The translations under genes were made by a program, and so were the position numbers. This document shows positions 29,835 to 39,687 of a DNA stretch of 64,000 nt, in pieces; position 1 is the stretch's first letter; the number at the start of each line of letters is the position of its first letter. The notes under the pieces were generated by a model that saw only the letters and a program-made list of their open reading frames with translations, made no database searches and had not been told where the DNA came from. The stretch lies in IMG/VR virus record IMGVR_UViG_3300037419_003078, one strand, 5' to 3'. Source of the DNA: an uncultured virus (IMG/VR IMGVR_UViG_3300037419_003078) (taxonomy: Duplodnaviria > Heunggongvirae > Uroviricota > Caudoviricetes).

Positions 29835-29998
29835 ATCCTACTCTTACCCTGAGACTAGCAAAGTTCCTTAGTAAACGTGTAGCTAACGGAACTGAGATAA
29901 TAAAACAGTTTCCCCAATATAGAGCCGAATACATTGAGGAAACATCAGAGTACAGTAAAGTGCTGTACCAACTATTAAAGGAGATGACTTTACCTTGA
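29831..29998 (+). CDS. 55-aa micro-protein (not in ORF track)
   Basis: ATGA overlap with upstream gene. Confidence 0.5.
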   Translation: MNPTLTLRLAKFLSKRVANGTEIIKQFPQYRAEYIEETSEYSKVLYQLLKEMTLP

Positions 29999-30168
29999 AT
30001 AAGTATCTAATATTATACTGTAGTGGTCGTGCTATACATTATACGAAATTAGCTACAGAATCTTTAAAGCATGATAATGTGAAAGACTTCATAAAGTATA
30101 TGGAGAAGGCAAATGCGTTCAATGAGTTCGTTAAAAATCGAGTGGAAGGTGTGAAAGAGTATGCTTAA
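29995..30168 (+). CDS. 57-aa micro-protein (not in ORF track)
   Basis: TTG start overlapping upstream stop, RBS AAGGAG. Confidence 0.5.
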   Translation: MNKYLILYCSGRAIHYTKLATESLKHDNVKDFIKYMEKANAFNEFVKNRVEGVKEYA

Positions 30169-30274
30169 AATGATTATCATTGGTAGCTATGTGGCTCATA
30201 AAATATATTGGAAACGTGCGAATAAAGTAACGTATATACCTTGGAATAAGTTCTTTGCTAAAGGTGTGAACTAA
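30161..30274 (+). CDS. 37-aa micro-protein (not in ORF track)
   Basis: RBS AAGGTG; ends 1 nt before the virB6-like ATG. Confidence 0.4.
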   Translation: MLKMIIIGSYVAHKIYWKRANKVTYIPWNKFFAKGVN

Positions 30275-30275
30275 T

Positions 30276-31427
30276 ATGAAAATTACTGTAGGAGGGGTGG
30301 TCATACAAGACCACTCTACACCCTTCTCATTATCAAATAAGATGAATGATGTCATAGAGGAGACTAATAGGCTCATAGAGAGTAAGAATAGAGATATTAG
30401 ACGTAGTAGACCTATGAAGAAAATACTAGCCTTATTAGGCTTTGTAACAACAATAGGAGTTACTAGCGTGGCTAGTGCAGAAGTAATTAATCCCATAGAC
30501 CCAATAGATAATCCAGTTATAAAAGGTAGTGGCTTTCTAGGATTCATAACCAAAAGAATGTTCTTTAAGGATAATGATGTATCACTAATAGATAGCATAG
30601 CACTAGATGGTGTGGCGAGGCAGGATACCCTTGTTTGGAAACTAAATAACTTCTTAGAGCATACCTTACTCAATACACAGGATTTTTTCGATAACCCGGA
30701 GATACTTTCAGTTTTTAATGCAATATGGTACATCTGCATGTCATTCGTAATACTAATTATCTCTAAGAAAGGATTTGATATGGTAAAGGCTAGAGTATTA
30801 GGAACAACTACTTTAGGAGCGTCAGAGTTGATTATTAGACTATTAGCTAGTGTAGTAATGACTTTCTTATCATTAGATATTATGCAATTTGCAATAGAAG
30901 GAAGTAATCTAGTTATGAAGACGCTATTCAAAGCAATCGAAACGCACTTAATTCCATATGACGCATTAGAACAAACGAATAGCATAGGACTACTGTTTTG
31001 GTTTATAGGATTCATTGTCATGTTTGTGATACTAGGTATACAGTATTGGATTAGACAAATTACGGTAATGGTATTAGGAGTTATCACACCAATAGCTAAT
31101 ACTGCTTGGGTAGTAGATGGTGGTGCTATGCTAGGTACTCTGATAAGAGAATTTATAACCTTGATAGCCACACCTCTAGTACATGGAATAATGTTATCAC
31201 TAGGAAGTGTAGCCATATTTGAAGTAACGACCCATACAGGAAATGCTTTTGCAGATGGATTGAATAGTATTTTAATAGGATTTGCCACTATGTTCCTTAT
31301 GGTTGTAACACCTACGTTTTTAAGAAAGTTTACTACTGGCTCGTTCAACCCTGTTAAGTGGAGCGTTGGATTAGCCAAAGGCACTTATGGTAATGCAATT
31401 AAACTAGCAAGTCTAATTAAAAAATAG
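30276..31427 (+). CDS. VirB6/TrbL-like polytopic T4SS membrane protein
   Basis: 5-7 TM segments, IRQITVMVLGVITPIA motif typical of TrbL/VirB6. Confidence 0.75.
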   Translation: MKITVGGVVIQDHSTPFSLSNKMNDVIEETNRLIESKNRDIRRSRPMKKILALLGFVTTIGVTSVASAEVINPIDPIDNPVIKGSGFLGFITKRMFFKDNDVSLIDSIALDGVARQDTLVWKLNNFLEHTLLNTQDFFDNPEILSVFNAIWYICMSFVILIISKKGFDMVKARVLGTTTLGASELIIRLLASVVMTFLSLDIMQFAIEGSNLVMKTLFKAIETHLIPYDALEQTNSIGLLFWFIGFIVMFVILGIQYWIRQITVMVLGVITPIANTAWVVDGGAMLGTLIREFITLIATPLVHGIMLSLGSVAIFEVTTHTGNAFADGLNSILIGFATMFLMVVTPTFLRKFTTGSFNPVKWSVGLAKGTYGNAIKLASLIKK

Positions 31428-31439
31428 GAGGAGATTATT

Positions 31440-31562
31440 ATGAAAAAGTACACAATTAAGGTGAGAAAAGATTTTTTAAGATTCGAGCAAATCGTGGTAA
31501 TGGCGAAGGATAAAAAAATCGCAAAGTCTATCGCACAATCAATCGCAAATAGCAGAAAATAG
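31440..31562 (+). CDS. 40-aa basic micro-protein (not in ORF track)
   Basis: RBS AGGAGG. Confidence 0.5.
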   Translation: MKKYTIKVRKDFLRFEQIVVMAKDKKIAKSIAQSIANSRK

Positions 31563-31568
31563 GAGGAG

Positions 31569-32129
31569 ATGTGTATGAAGAAATTCCTTAAAGTATGTGG
31601 CTATGTAGTCCTAGGGTTGTTTGCCCTAGGAATCGCTACTAGTATTGTAGGAGGAAATGACACACCTAAACAAGAACCTAAGAAAGAAGTGGTGCAACAT
31701 GAAAAACCAAAGAAGGAAAAGAAAGATGATGGTAAGAGTCAAGCCGACAAAGAAATTGCCTATCACAGTACAATATCAAACCTCAGTATGGACATGGCAG
31801 ACATTCTATATGACTATAGTACGGTAATGGACGATGGCTCAAAAGACCCTGATTATATGTTGTCAACTGAATATCAAGATAGAGTAGATGAAGTTTGTGG
31901 CAGAATGTATGACAAGATTCAAGAAATTAAAAACGTAGATACACCGTCAAGCCTACAGCCTTTACAAAATAAATTAATAGACGCTATGAACGAATATGAA
32001 TTTGTTGCTACAGAAACACCTAAGGCAATTAAGAATGTTGACCCTCATTTAATGAGTGAAGTATTAACGCATATGGAAAATGGAACTGCAAAGGTTCAAG
32101 CAATAACAGATGAAATGAATGATTACTGA
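31569..32129 (+). CDS. membrane-anchored extracellular helical protein
   Basis: N-terminal TM, Lys/Glu linker, helical domain. Confidence 0.65.
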   Translation: MCMKKFLKVCGYVVLGLFALGIATSIVGGNDTPKQEPKKEVVQHEKPKKEKKDDGKSQADKEIAYHSTISNLSMDMADILYDYSTVMDDGSKDPDYMLSTEYQDRVDEVCGRMYDKIQEIKNVDTPSSLQPLQNKLIDAMNEYEFVATETPKAIKNVDPHLMSEVLTHMENGTAKVQAITDEMNDY

Positions 32130-32322
32130 GGAGGAAAAGTTGTGAAGAAAGTACAATATTGCGTAGGAACTAAACAAGGTTATCGTGTATATATCTTTAA
32201 TGTACAAAAGGAGGAAATTGAATGGCACTCTTACCAGTACTGGCAACCATCAAAGTTGCCCAACTTGTCTTAATCGGTAGCTTGGCACTCAGAAAGAGTA
32301 GAAAGAAGGAGGATATACAAGT

Positions 32323-32664
32323 ATGGAAACTTACACAGTTCCTAGAGGAATCAAGATTAGAGAAACTGTCGCATACGGTTTAAATGGTAAGCAGATAATC
32401 TATTTAGCGTTTGGAATTGGAGGAGCACTTGGTATATGTGCTCTCCCTCTCCCATTCGATTTAAAGATAGCAGGAAGTATCTTGTCATCTATTGCAAGTC
32501 TATTCTTATCCCTAGCAAAGCGTCATGGTCAAGAACTAGATAAATATGTATGGAATACAGTTCAGTATTCTGTTAGAAACAAGGAGTTGAAAAATGATGT
32601 TGAAGAAAAACCGGTTCACACTATTAAAATCAACTACGGTACAAGACAACCTAGTACAGCATAA
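32323..32664 (+). CDS. PrgI/VirB3-like T4SS protein
   Basis: VPRGIK.RE...GLNGKQIIY, two TM, G..LDKY; directly upstream of virB4. Confidence 0.75.
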   Translation: METYTVPRGIKIRETVAYGLNGKQIIYLAFGIGGALGICALPLPFDLKIAGSILSSIASLFLSLAKRHGQELDKYVWNTVQYSVRNKELKNDVEEKPVHTIKINYGTRQPSTA

Positions 32665-34408
32665 AGGTAATTGGTTGCTTGTTATGAAGATACAGAGCAT
32701 TGACATTGAAAATAAAAGTGATATAGATAAGGTATCTACGCTATCCGTATTTCAAGATGTATTAAGGTCTTTCCATAGTCAGGCTCAGATTATTTTTCGT
32801 AAACTCCCACTCGATTTTTCATCTCAAACATCACGCTTAGAGTCTAATATTCTATCGTCAAACAATGAAAAGGTGAAAGAGTATGGCGAAAGTTACGCAG
32901 AATACTTAAAGGAGGTGTCAGCTAACAAGTTAGATAAAGTCAATTATTTGATTATAAAAACAGACAGGAGATGTAGCTATGAAGAAGGAAAGTCATACCT
33001 TGAAGGAGTTTTTAACACAGTCAAACAAACCCTCTCAAACCTTAACATCTCAGTTGTTCAAGTCAAAGGTGAGGAACTTCAAAGCCTTTACCATTTACCT
33101 TCCTTTATCAAGGAAGAAGTGGATTACTTTGTTTATGGTGAGGAGGTAAAACGGACATATGTTGTAATGGACTATCCTAGAACAATTTACCCTAATTGGT
33201 TAAAGCCTATCCTAGGTTATCATTATCCTATTGAATTGACACAACACTTACACCCTATTGGAAGGAGTAAAGTTATTAAGCAATTAGAACTACAGATGGC
33301 TAAATTACAATCTACGATGGACGTACAAGAGAACAATGGAGATGTAGTGTCTAGTGAATTAAGAGTTAGATTAAGCGACACTGAGGATTTACTTCGTAAG
33401 CTAGCTAGTGGTGAATGTAATATGATGGAGACATCTTTCTACATTACTCTTTCTGCCCCCAATCACGAAATATTGAACTATCGTTCTGCTGAACTAGAAA
33501 GTTACATTCGTCAGTGTGGATTAACTTATCGAACGTGTCGGAGAGAGGTTCATAGAGGAATCAAATCAGTACTTCCATTATGTGATGACCATATGCTTGA
33601 ATCATATGCCTTTGATACTCGGTCATTATCAACGTTACTACCTTTTACAGTACAAGACTTTATAGATAAAGACGGAATATTCTATGGACTAAGTAGTGAC
33701 ATGACAGAAATGATATGTGTAGACCTTTGGAATCTCCCCAACCCTAATAAAATTATTCTAGGAAAATCAGGCTTTGGAAAGTCAATGCTATCTAAAACAG
33801 AAACAGCAAGGCACATTATCAATGGTACTCAGGCTATAATAATAGACCATAACGGAGAATGGAAAGAGTTCTGCAACATTCTAGGAGGTGAGTATATAAC
33901 AGATTGTGATTCTACTATCAAATGGAATAGTCATCTATTAGTCTTTGGAGGTGAAGACAAAGTTAAATCTCTTAAAACAGTATGGAATCAAATACAAGCA
34001 GAAGACATTAAGCAACGAGTTCTAGTAATAGAGGAATTTCATAATATACTAAGAGAGGATAAATCCTTATTATTACAAGTAGTTAAAGAGATTCGCAAGA
34101 GTGGTACTGCCCCAACATTTATCACTCAAAATGTAAGAGACTTCTTAATGACCGAGGAAGGACAAATGATATTCGACAACTGCTCTATCAAAGTATTTTT
34201 ACGACAAGGAGAAAATGATTTAGAGGAAGTGGAAAAACTATTTGACCTATCAAGAAATGAGAAAGTCTACCTTAAAACTTGTCCAATAGGATACGGATAT
34301 TTATATACAGACCTATATAAAACAAAATTTAAAGTAGATTATTCGACTAGAGAGGAGGAAATTCTTTCAACTAATCCGATGGATAAGATAAGGAGGATAA
34401 AAATATGA
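32594..34408 (+). CDS. virB4: VirB4-like T4SS ATPase
   Basis: LLPF, NPNKIILGKSGFGKS (Walker A), IIDHNGEW, VIEEFH (Walker B), RKSG..TQ. Confidence 0.85.
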   Translation: MMLKKNRFTLLKSTTVQDNLVQHKGNWLLVMKIQSIDIENKSDIDKVSTLSVFQDVLRSFHSQAQIIFRKLPLDFSSQTSRLESNILSSNNEKVKEYGESYAEYLKEVSANKLDKVNYLIIKTDRRCSYEEGKSYLEGVFNTVKQTLSNLNISVVQVKGEELQSLYHLPSFIKEEVDYFVYGEEVKRTYVVMDYPRTIYPNWLKPILGYHYPIELTQHLHPIGRSKVIKQLELQMAKLQSTMDVQENNGDVVSSELRVRLSDTEDLLRKLASGECNMMETSFYITLSAPNHEILNYRSAELESYIRQCGLTYRTCRREVHRGIKSVLPLCDDHMLESYAFDTRSLSTLLPFTVQDFIDKDGIFYGLSSDMTEMICVDLWNLPNPNKIILGKSGFGKSMLSKTETARHIINGTQAIIIDHNGEWKEFCNILGGEYITDCDSTIKWNSHLLVFGGEDKVKSLKTVWNQIQAEDIKQRVLVIEEFHNILREDKSLLLQVVKEIRKSGTAPTFITQNVRDFLMTEEGQMIFDNCSIKVFLRQGENDLEEVEKLFDLSRNEKVYLKTCPIGYGYLYTDLYKTKFKVDYSTREEEILSTNPMDKIRRIKI

Positions 34409-34644
34409 AGACATACCTTTTATGGTTTAACGAAGGCAAAAGTTGTGCAGTAATGGAAGTAACAAAAATAGTATCAGACGCAGAAAGACTAGCACCACAA
34501 CTACCAAGAGCATTAATAATTCCTGCCCTAATGAACTACCTTAATGCTGATGAAATCATTACTGCTGATACAGAGGAACAGATGTTGGATATGTTTGAAA
34601 ACGCTACTGTTGTTAACATTAGTAAGAAGGAGGATTTAAATTGA
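34405..34644 (+). CDS. hypothetical protein
   Basis: coupled between virB4 and virD4. Confidence 0.55.
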   Translation: MKTYLLWFNEGKSCAVMEVTKIVSDAERLAPQLPRALIIPALMNYLNADEIITADTEEQMLDMFENATVVNISKKEDLN

Positions 34645-37049
34645 GTAACTCTATACTTGAATTAACAAACGTATTAGATAACAGTACTTTAGAGGACTCG
34701 GAGAGACTTCTCCGTTCCTTCTATCGTACCATTGAGCCACACAAGAAACGTAACTGGAAGAATCCCACAAGAATATCGTGGGAGGTGTTTGCAGAGAAAG
34801 ATAAGATTAGCTTTTATGTAGTAGTCCCTAGCAACATGGAGAGATTGATTAAGAGTCGAATAAAAGACGCTTATCCAAGTTCTGAAGTGCGTAAGGTAGA
34901 GGAAGACCATACAAATAAATTTGAAAAACCATTTACTGCTCAGATGGACTTAAACAAACATCATATGTTTTCTACAAAAATGGACACAGGAGATACACCA
35001 TTAAATTCAATATTAAATTCTATGAGTAGACTAGACGAGAATGAAAGAATGTTATTACAGATTACAATGCTACCTATCAACAATACATGGCAAGGTAAGG
35101 CATACGCAAAGTATCGAGATATGTTATTTAATGGAAAGAAACCGAATAAGCCTAAGAAGTTTAATGTTGGTAGTGGAATATTATACTCTATCGCAGGATT
35201 TTTCAAAGTGATAGAATTTTTCTACAATTTAGGTGGAAATGGAGAAAACAAGAACACACCTATCGAGAGAGAAGAATTAAAAGGCACTCAGAAGAAGATA
35301 GCCCTACCTGCCTTTAATACAGATATACGTTTAGTAGCAGAGTCACCTGACCCTAATTCAAGTAGCACTAGACTATCAGAACTAGCAAATAGTTTTATAG
35401 AATTGGATTATGATAATGAATGGAGACGAGTAAAGACTAACTCAGAGAGAACAATGAAGTTTGTTAGAGAGAGGAAAGTAGATAGATGGACTAATAACGT
35501 AGTAACAACAAAAGAGTTATGCCCTATCGTAAGACTAACTAATCAAGCTATTAATGTGCCTGAATTGAAGAAAGCACTAAAGACACTTCCTATCCCACAA
35601 GGACTAGACAAAGGACTATTCTTTGCTCATGGACTATATAACTCATTAATGCACGAAACATTTATGAATCCACAAAACGTAGAGGACTTCGTTCACCCAT
35701 TTATGTTAACAGGGGGAATGGGAGGAGGAAAGACAACGATGATTATCAATATGATGTTAGCTAGAGCATTAGCAGGAAATAGCGTCATACTGATAGATAC
35801 CCAAGGTGATATGTCGTTAGACTTCCTATCTCAGTTACCCAAATCAGAGCATGATAGAGTGGTGTGGTTAAATTTCGGAGATTTATATAATCCACCATCA
35901 TTAGATTTAGTTGAGTTTGTGTCATTAGGAAAGGATAAGAATAGCAGTAGAGTAGATGAAATGTTCGTTAAAGATATAGCTAAAAACGAACTAATATCCA
36001 TATTCAAGAAAATGTGGGGGACGAATTTTGGTCCTCAAACAGAATATATAACACGAAACAACATTACTGCTACCATTGAAACTGGTGGAACTATCATGGA
36101 AATGTTCCGTATGCTAGTAGATGACCAATATCGTGATGAAATAACAATGCAAATTAGAAATAAAGCACCTTTCTGTTGGAGTTTTTGGCATACGTTCCAA
36201 ACAAATTACAATATAGGTCAGAAAATGAGAATGGTAATGCCTAGTATTAACAAGATAGGTAGCTTTGTAGAGTCTCCAATCATAAGAAATATCCTTTGTC
36301 AAGGTACACAGAATTATAATTTTAGAGACATGATGGACAGTGGAAAGATAGTAGTAGTGACAATACCTAAAGGTATTTTGATAGGTGCATGGCAATTAAT
36401 AGCTAGCTTAGTAATCAGCAAGATATGGTTAGCGTCTCTATCAAGAGTAAATCAACCTATCCACGAAAGAAAGCCATGTTTCCTAGCAAGTGACGAGGCA
36501 GACGATATTATAAATGATAATTTCCCTATCATGCTGTCCCAATCTAGGAAGTTCAGATTAGGAATTGTGCTAGGATTTCAGTATTTAGACCAAATAAAAT
36601 CTAATAATAAACGAGTATATGACGCATTAATTGGTAACAAGCCTAATATAGTCGCTTTAAAAATCGGCAAGAAAGATTTAGATAACACATATGCAGAGAT
36701 GTGGAAAGACTTCTATAGGAAAGAGGATTTAAGTGCTTTCCCTAACTTACATGGTGTAGCACAAATATCTGTTAACGGTCAACCTACAAATCCATTTACA
36801 ATTAAAATACCATTTAACTATCATACAAAAGACGATTCACCTAGAGATAATATTGCAGGAGACTTAGAAATTATAGCAGAAAATAGTCGAAAATTATATT
36901 CTAAACCACTTCATGAAGTTGAGGCAATTGTTGATAAGCGTTACGAGGAAGTATTATCTAATTTGGCACTGTCAGATGACATAGAGGATATTGATTATGA
37001 GACACAACTAGATGAAGAACTAATTAAGAACCTAAAAGATATAATCTAA
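34641..37049 (+). CDS. virD4: VirD4/TraG-like coupling ATPase
   Basis: GGMGGGKTT, IDTQGD, DEAD, SRKFRLGIVLGFQYLDQ, ALIGN. Confidence 0.85.
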   Translation: MSNSILELTNVLDNSTLEDSERLLRSFYRTIEPHKKRNWKNPTRISWEVFAEKDKISFYVVVPSNMERLIKSRIKDAYPSSEVRKVEEDHTNKFEKPFTAQMDLNKHHMFSTKMDTGDTPLNSILNSMSRLDENERMLLQITMLPINNTWQGKAYAKYRDMLFNGKKPNKPKKFNVGSGILYSIAGFFKVIEFFYNLGGNGENKNTPIEREELKGTQKKIALPAFNTDIRLVAESPDPNSSSTRLSELANSFIELDYDNEWRRVKTNSERTMKFVRERKVDRWTNNVVTTKELCPIVRLTNQAINVPELKKALKTLPIPQGLDKGLFFAHGLYNSLMHETFMNPQNVEDFVHPFMLTGGMGGGKTTMIINMMLARALAGNSVILIDTQGDMSLDFLSQLPKSEHDRVVWLNFGDLYNPPSLDLVEFVSLGKDKNSSRVDEMFVKDIAKNELISIFKKMWGTNFGPQTEYITRNNITATIETGGTIMEMFRMLVDDQYRDEITMQIRNKAPFCWSFWHTFQTNYNIGQKMRMVMPSINKIGSFVESPIIRNILCQGTQNYNFRDMMDSGKIVVVTIPKGILIGAWQLIASLVISKIWLASLSRVNQPIHERKPCFLASDEADDIINDNFPIMLSQSRKFRLGIVLGFQYLDQIKSNNKRVYDALIGNKPNIVALKIGKKDLDNTYAEMWKDFYRKEDLSAFPNLHGVAQISVNGQPTNPFTIKIPFNYHTKDDSPRDNIAGDLEIIAENSRKLYSKPLHEVEAIVDKRYEEVLSNLALSDDIEDIDYETQLDEELIKNLKDII

Positions 37050-37141
37050 TTTTATAGTATTTGTAATATTTTTGAATTATATGTATATAATATTGTAAAG
37101 ATGGAAATAAAGGTAGTATACGGAAAGGAGGTGGTACTCAA

Positions 37142-37375
37142 ATGAAGTTTTTAATCCCACTAGTATTTGTTCTAGTATCCTTGACTGGTTGCGACTACGG
37201 ACTTACACAAGAGGCGTGTATGAAGGAAGGAGCAGTACTATACAAAGGAGACTGTGTTGACTTTATGAAAGACGTACCTGACCGAGATAAAGACAAGGTG
37301 GTTCAAGATGTAGCAGATGAATTAAACATTACATTTGACGAGGCACTAGGTAGAGTATTTGATTTAGAATATTGA
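37142..37375 (+). CDS. small lipoprotein
   Basis: lipobox LTGC. Confidence 0.7.
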   Translation: MKFLIPLVFVLVSLTGCDYGLTQEACMKEGAVLYKGDCVDFMKDVPDRDKDKVVQDVADELNITFDEALGRVFDLEY

Positions 37376-37379
37376 ACGC

Positions 37380-37406
37380 AAAAAAGGTAGGAGATTAGTC
37401 CTACCT
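37380..37406 (-). terminator. intrinsic terminator at the convergence of the two arms
   Basis: AGGTAGGA/TCCTACCT hairpin with T-tract on the - strand. Confidence 0.7.
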
Positions 37407-37414
37407 GTGGGAAA

Positions 37415-37654
37415 TTAAAGGTCATTCTCTCCACATATTTCACAGCCACCATATGCGTAGTATTCTTTCCAAGCAGAAGTTCCATCAGTGAATTTATGCC
37501 TATTAAGTCTACATAGCCTTTGTATCTCTCTATATGCCTCACTTTTACTTCTCCTTACCTCTCTTGCTCTGTTGCTTAGTTCGGTTAATTCCTTATTGTA
37601 CACTGCGAGTTCCTCAGTTAATGATTTAATATTAGACGGTATTACTTTACTCAT
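37415..37654 (-). CDS. hypothetical protein (coiled coil + Cys/His)
   Basis: RBS GGAGGT. Confidence 0.6.
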   Translation of the reverse strand: MSKVIPSNIKSLTEELAVYNKELTELSNRAREVRRSKSEAYREIQRLCRLNRHKFTDGTSAWKEYYAYGGCEICGENDL

Positions 37655-37659
37655 ATTAC

Positions 37660-38268
37660 CTACCTCCTAATGTGGTCTCCTGTTTTAAAGTAATTTGAGT
37701 TATCTCCACCATTCTCACACCATTCCATGATTTTTTCTACATCTAAGAAACGCTTACGAACATCTGACCACATGATAGGCTTGTAGTCAACCTTCTCCAT
37801 TGACACACATTGCCATAATGCAGGAGATAATCCAGTATCAGCACTATGAGTATGAGCATGAACATTACCAATGAAAGCAGGGTTATAATGCTTTAACCAA
37901 GCAAGATTCTGAGGTGTCATAGGGTGATGTGTTAACATCATTCCACTAATCATATACATTTTAGTTGGCATAAAACCTAGTCGTCTGAACTTGGTATCAC
38001 TATCTCTCCTGTCGTGATTTCCACGAACTAAGATATTACGCTTACCGTCTAAATTTAGACGCTTAGTAATATAATTTGTTCTCTCTGAGTTACAGAAGAA
38101 CATGTCTCCTAACCAAAACACAATGTCACCATCATCAACTGTATTATTATAGTTTTCAATAATAACATTATCCATATGTTCTACGTCAATGAATGGTCGC
38201 ACAGGCTCATGTTTTAAAATATTTTTATGGGAGAAGTGGGGGTCTCCCCACAGCCAAATTTTACTCAT
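37660..38268 (-). CDS. calcineurin-like metallophosphoesterase
   Basis: DPHFSH, LGD, GNHD, HAHTH. Confidence 0.88.
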   Translation of the reverse strand: MSKIWLWGDPHFSHKNILKHEPVRPFIDVEHMDNVIIENYNNTVDDGDIVFWLGDMFFCNSERTNYITKRLNLDGKRNILVRGNHDRRDSDTKFRRLGFMPTKMYMISGMMLTHHPMTPQNLAWLKHYNPAFIGNVHAHTHSADTGLSPALWQCVSMEKVDYKPIMWSDVRKRFLDVEKIMEWCENGGDNSNYFKTGDHIRR

Positions 38269-38280
38269 ACTATCACTTCC

Positions 38281-38544
38281 TTATTCAAACTTCTTCCAAT
38301 CTCTAACTAGTTCTTTTGCATATTCAGTATGTTGGTCTATTATGTCACGAACTTTCAAATCTTTACTGTATCTTCCGAATGAAATTCTCTCTTTTTTGTT
38401 ATAAGAGATAAAGGGAAGTTTTTTCTTTTCGATATGATTGACTTCAACTAACCAAGAGTTTGCACCTGTTATTGTTAACTGTATATAGTTGGTGTCGTCT
38501 ATAAAAAATTTTTCGCTATACGTCAACATAGAATCACTCCTCAT
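38281..38544 (-). CDS. hypothetical protein
   Basis: ORF in - strand array. Confidence 0.5.
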   Translation of the reverse strand: MRSDSMLTYSEKFFIDDTNYIQLTITGANSWLVEVNHIEKKKLPFISYNKKERISFGRYSKDLKVRDIIDQHTEYAKELVRDWKKFE

Positions 38545-38851
38545 CTTTGTTTTTAGCTTTATAAATCATTTCAGTAATTTCGGGTAATGAAAACATGTAT
38601 TCTTTAAATTCCATTAGTTCCAACTCCAATCTATATTAAAATCTTTGCTTTCCTTTTCTTTTCTGCTTTTCCATTCTAATAGTTCTTCTTCTGTCCAGTA
38701 GTGGTCTCTTACTTCACAAATACTTTCAATGCAGTCCTTGTAGGCTCTCCTGTTATATCTTATGTAGAATAGCCTTCCTGCTCTAAATTCATTCTTTGCC
38801 ATTACTCTGAATGTTTGAGTTTGATTGGCGAAACGGTTAAAGAAAGTGACT

Positions 38852-39190
38852 TCATATCGTTTTAAATCCATCTTGCCACAACCTTTTCCATACGACTTCT
38901 GTCTGTTGTTCTTTTTTAACTTCAAATAATGTAGTGTCGTTATACTCATGGTCATATGAATAGTGCTTATGTCCGTATTTAGTTAAGAATACTTTTACAC
39001 CGAAATAGAACTCTGCAAAGTAGCTAACTCCATCTCCTATAGTTGTCTTGTAAATAGAAGTCCAATACTTACCGTCACTATCTTCCGTTGATTTTATATT
39101 CGTTACATGAGAATACTTGACTCCATTAAATTCAAAGTTACTGTTCTCACACACAAAGTCAGACATGATTTCAAAAGGTAATTTTGTCAT
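38852..39190 (-). CDS. hypothetical protein
   Basis: RBS GGAGAG. Confidence 0.55.
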   Translation of the reverse strand: MTKLPFEIMSDFVCENSNFEFNGVKYSHVTNIKSTEDSDGKYWTSIYKTTIGDGVSYFAEFYFGVKVFLTKYGHKHYSYDHEYNDTTLFEVKKEQQTEVVWKRLWQDGFKTI

Positions 39191-39456
39191 ATTGTCACTC
39201 TCCTAAAATAATCGTTTATTTAGAAATTTTTTTAACTTTTGTCTGTTTTCAAAGAACTCAGCTATTTTAATAACTGATAATCCAACTGCTGTAGCAAACA
39301 AAGCAAATATTGTAGTGGGTAAAAATACAATGCTTAGAATCAAATGTTTGACTTTAAATCCTTTTTCAAATATTTCTTCATGATTAAATAGTACAAATAA
39401 AGAAAACAAAAAGCTAGCTATTGTATACATGGCAAATAGAAATGCTAGAAAGTCAC

Positions 39457-39675
39457 TCATTCTCCATCTCCTCCTGCTGACCATATAAAGTGTCCTATGA
39501 TATGTGAAAGAACTAATATTGCTAGCACTACTCCTGCTACTATTAATGCCCACATATGGGTCATTATGAAGGATAAGAGTCCAAAAACTACGACAATTGC
39601 CAATAACACAATGCAACCTATAAAAATCTTTTCAGAAATATCATTGAAAAAACCACTAAATAGTCTTTTTAACAT
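39457..39675 (-). CDS. small membrane protein, paralog of 39688-39912
   Basis: KR.F.GF...K.F.G + two TM + GH. Confidence 0.6.
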   Translation of the reverse strand: MLKRLFSGFFNDISEKIFIGCIVLLAIVVVFGLLSFIMTHMWALIVAGVVLAILVLSHIIGHFIWSAGGDGE

Positions 39676-39687
39676 ATTATCACTCTC

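Noticed and set aside
29540..30000. Shared KEV/KEM..LP C-termini of the micro-ORFs as a peptide motif
   Set aside because: Largely explained by overlapping RBS sequences (AAGGAG/AAGAAGTG) of the next genes.
30131..31384. 417-aa - strand ORF
   Set aside because: Antisense shadow of the VirB6-like gene; no recognisable motifs. The other antisense ORFs overlapping major genes were dismissed likewise.
37050..37140. dif site or oriT
   Set aside because: Only low-complexity AT near-palindromes; no match to a dif consensus.
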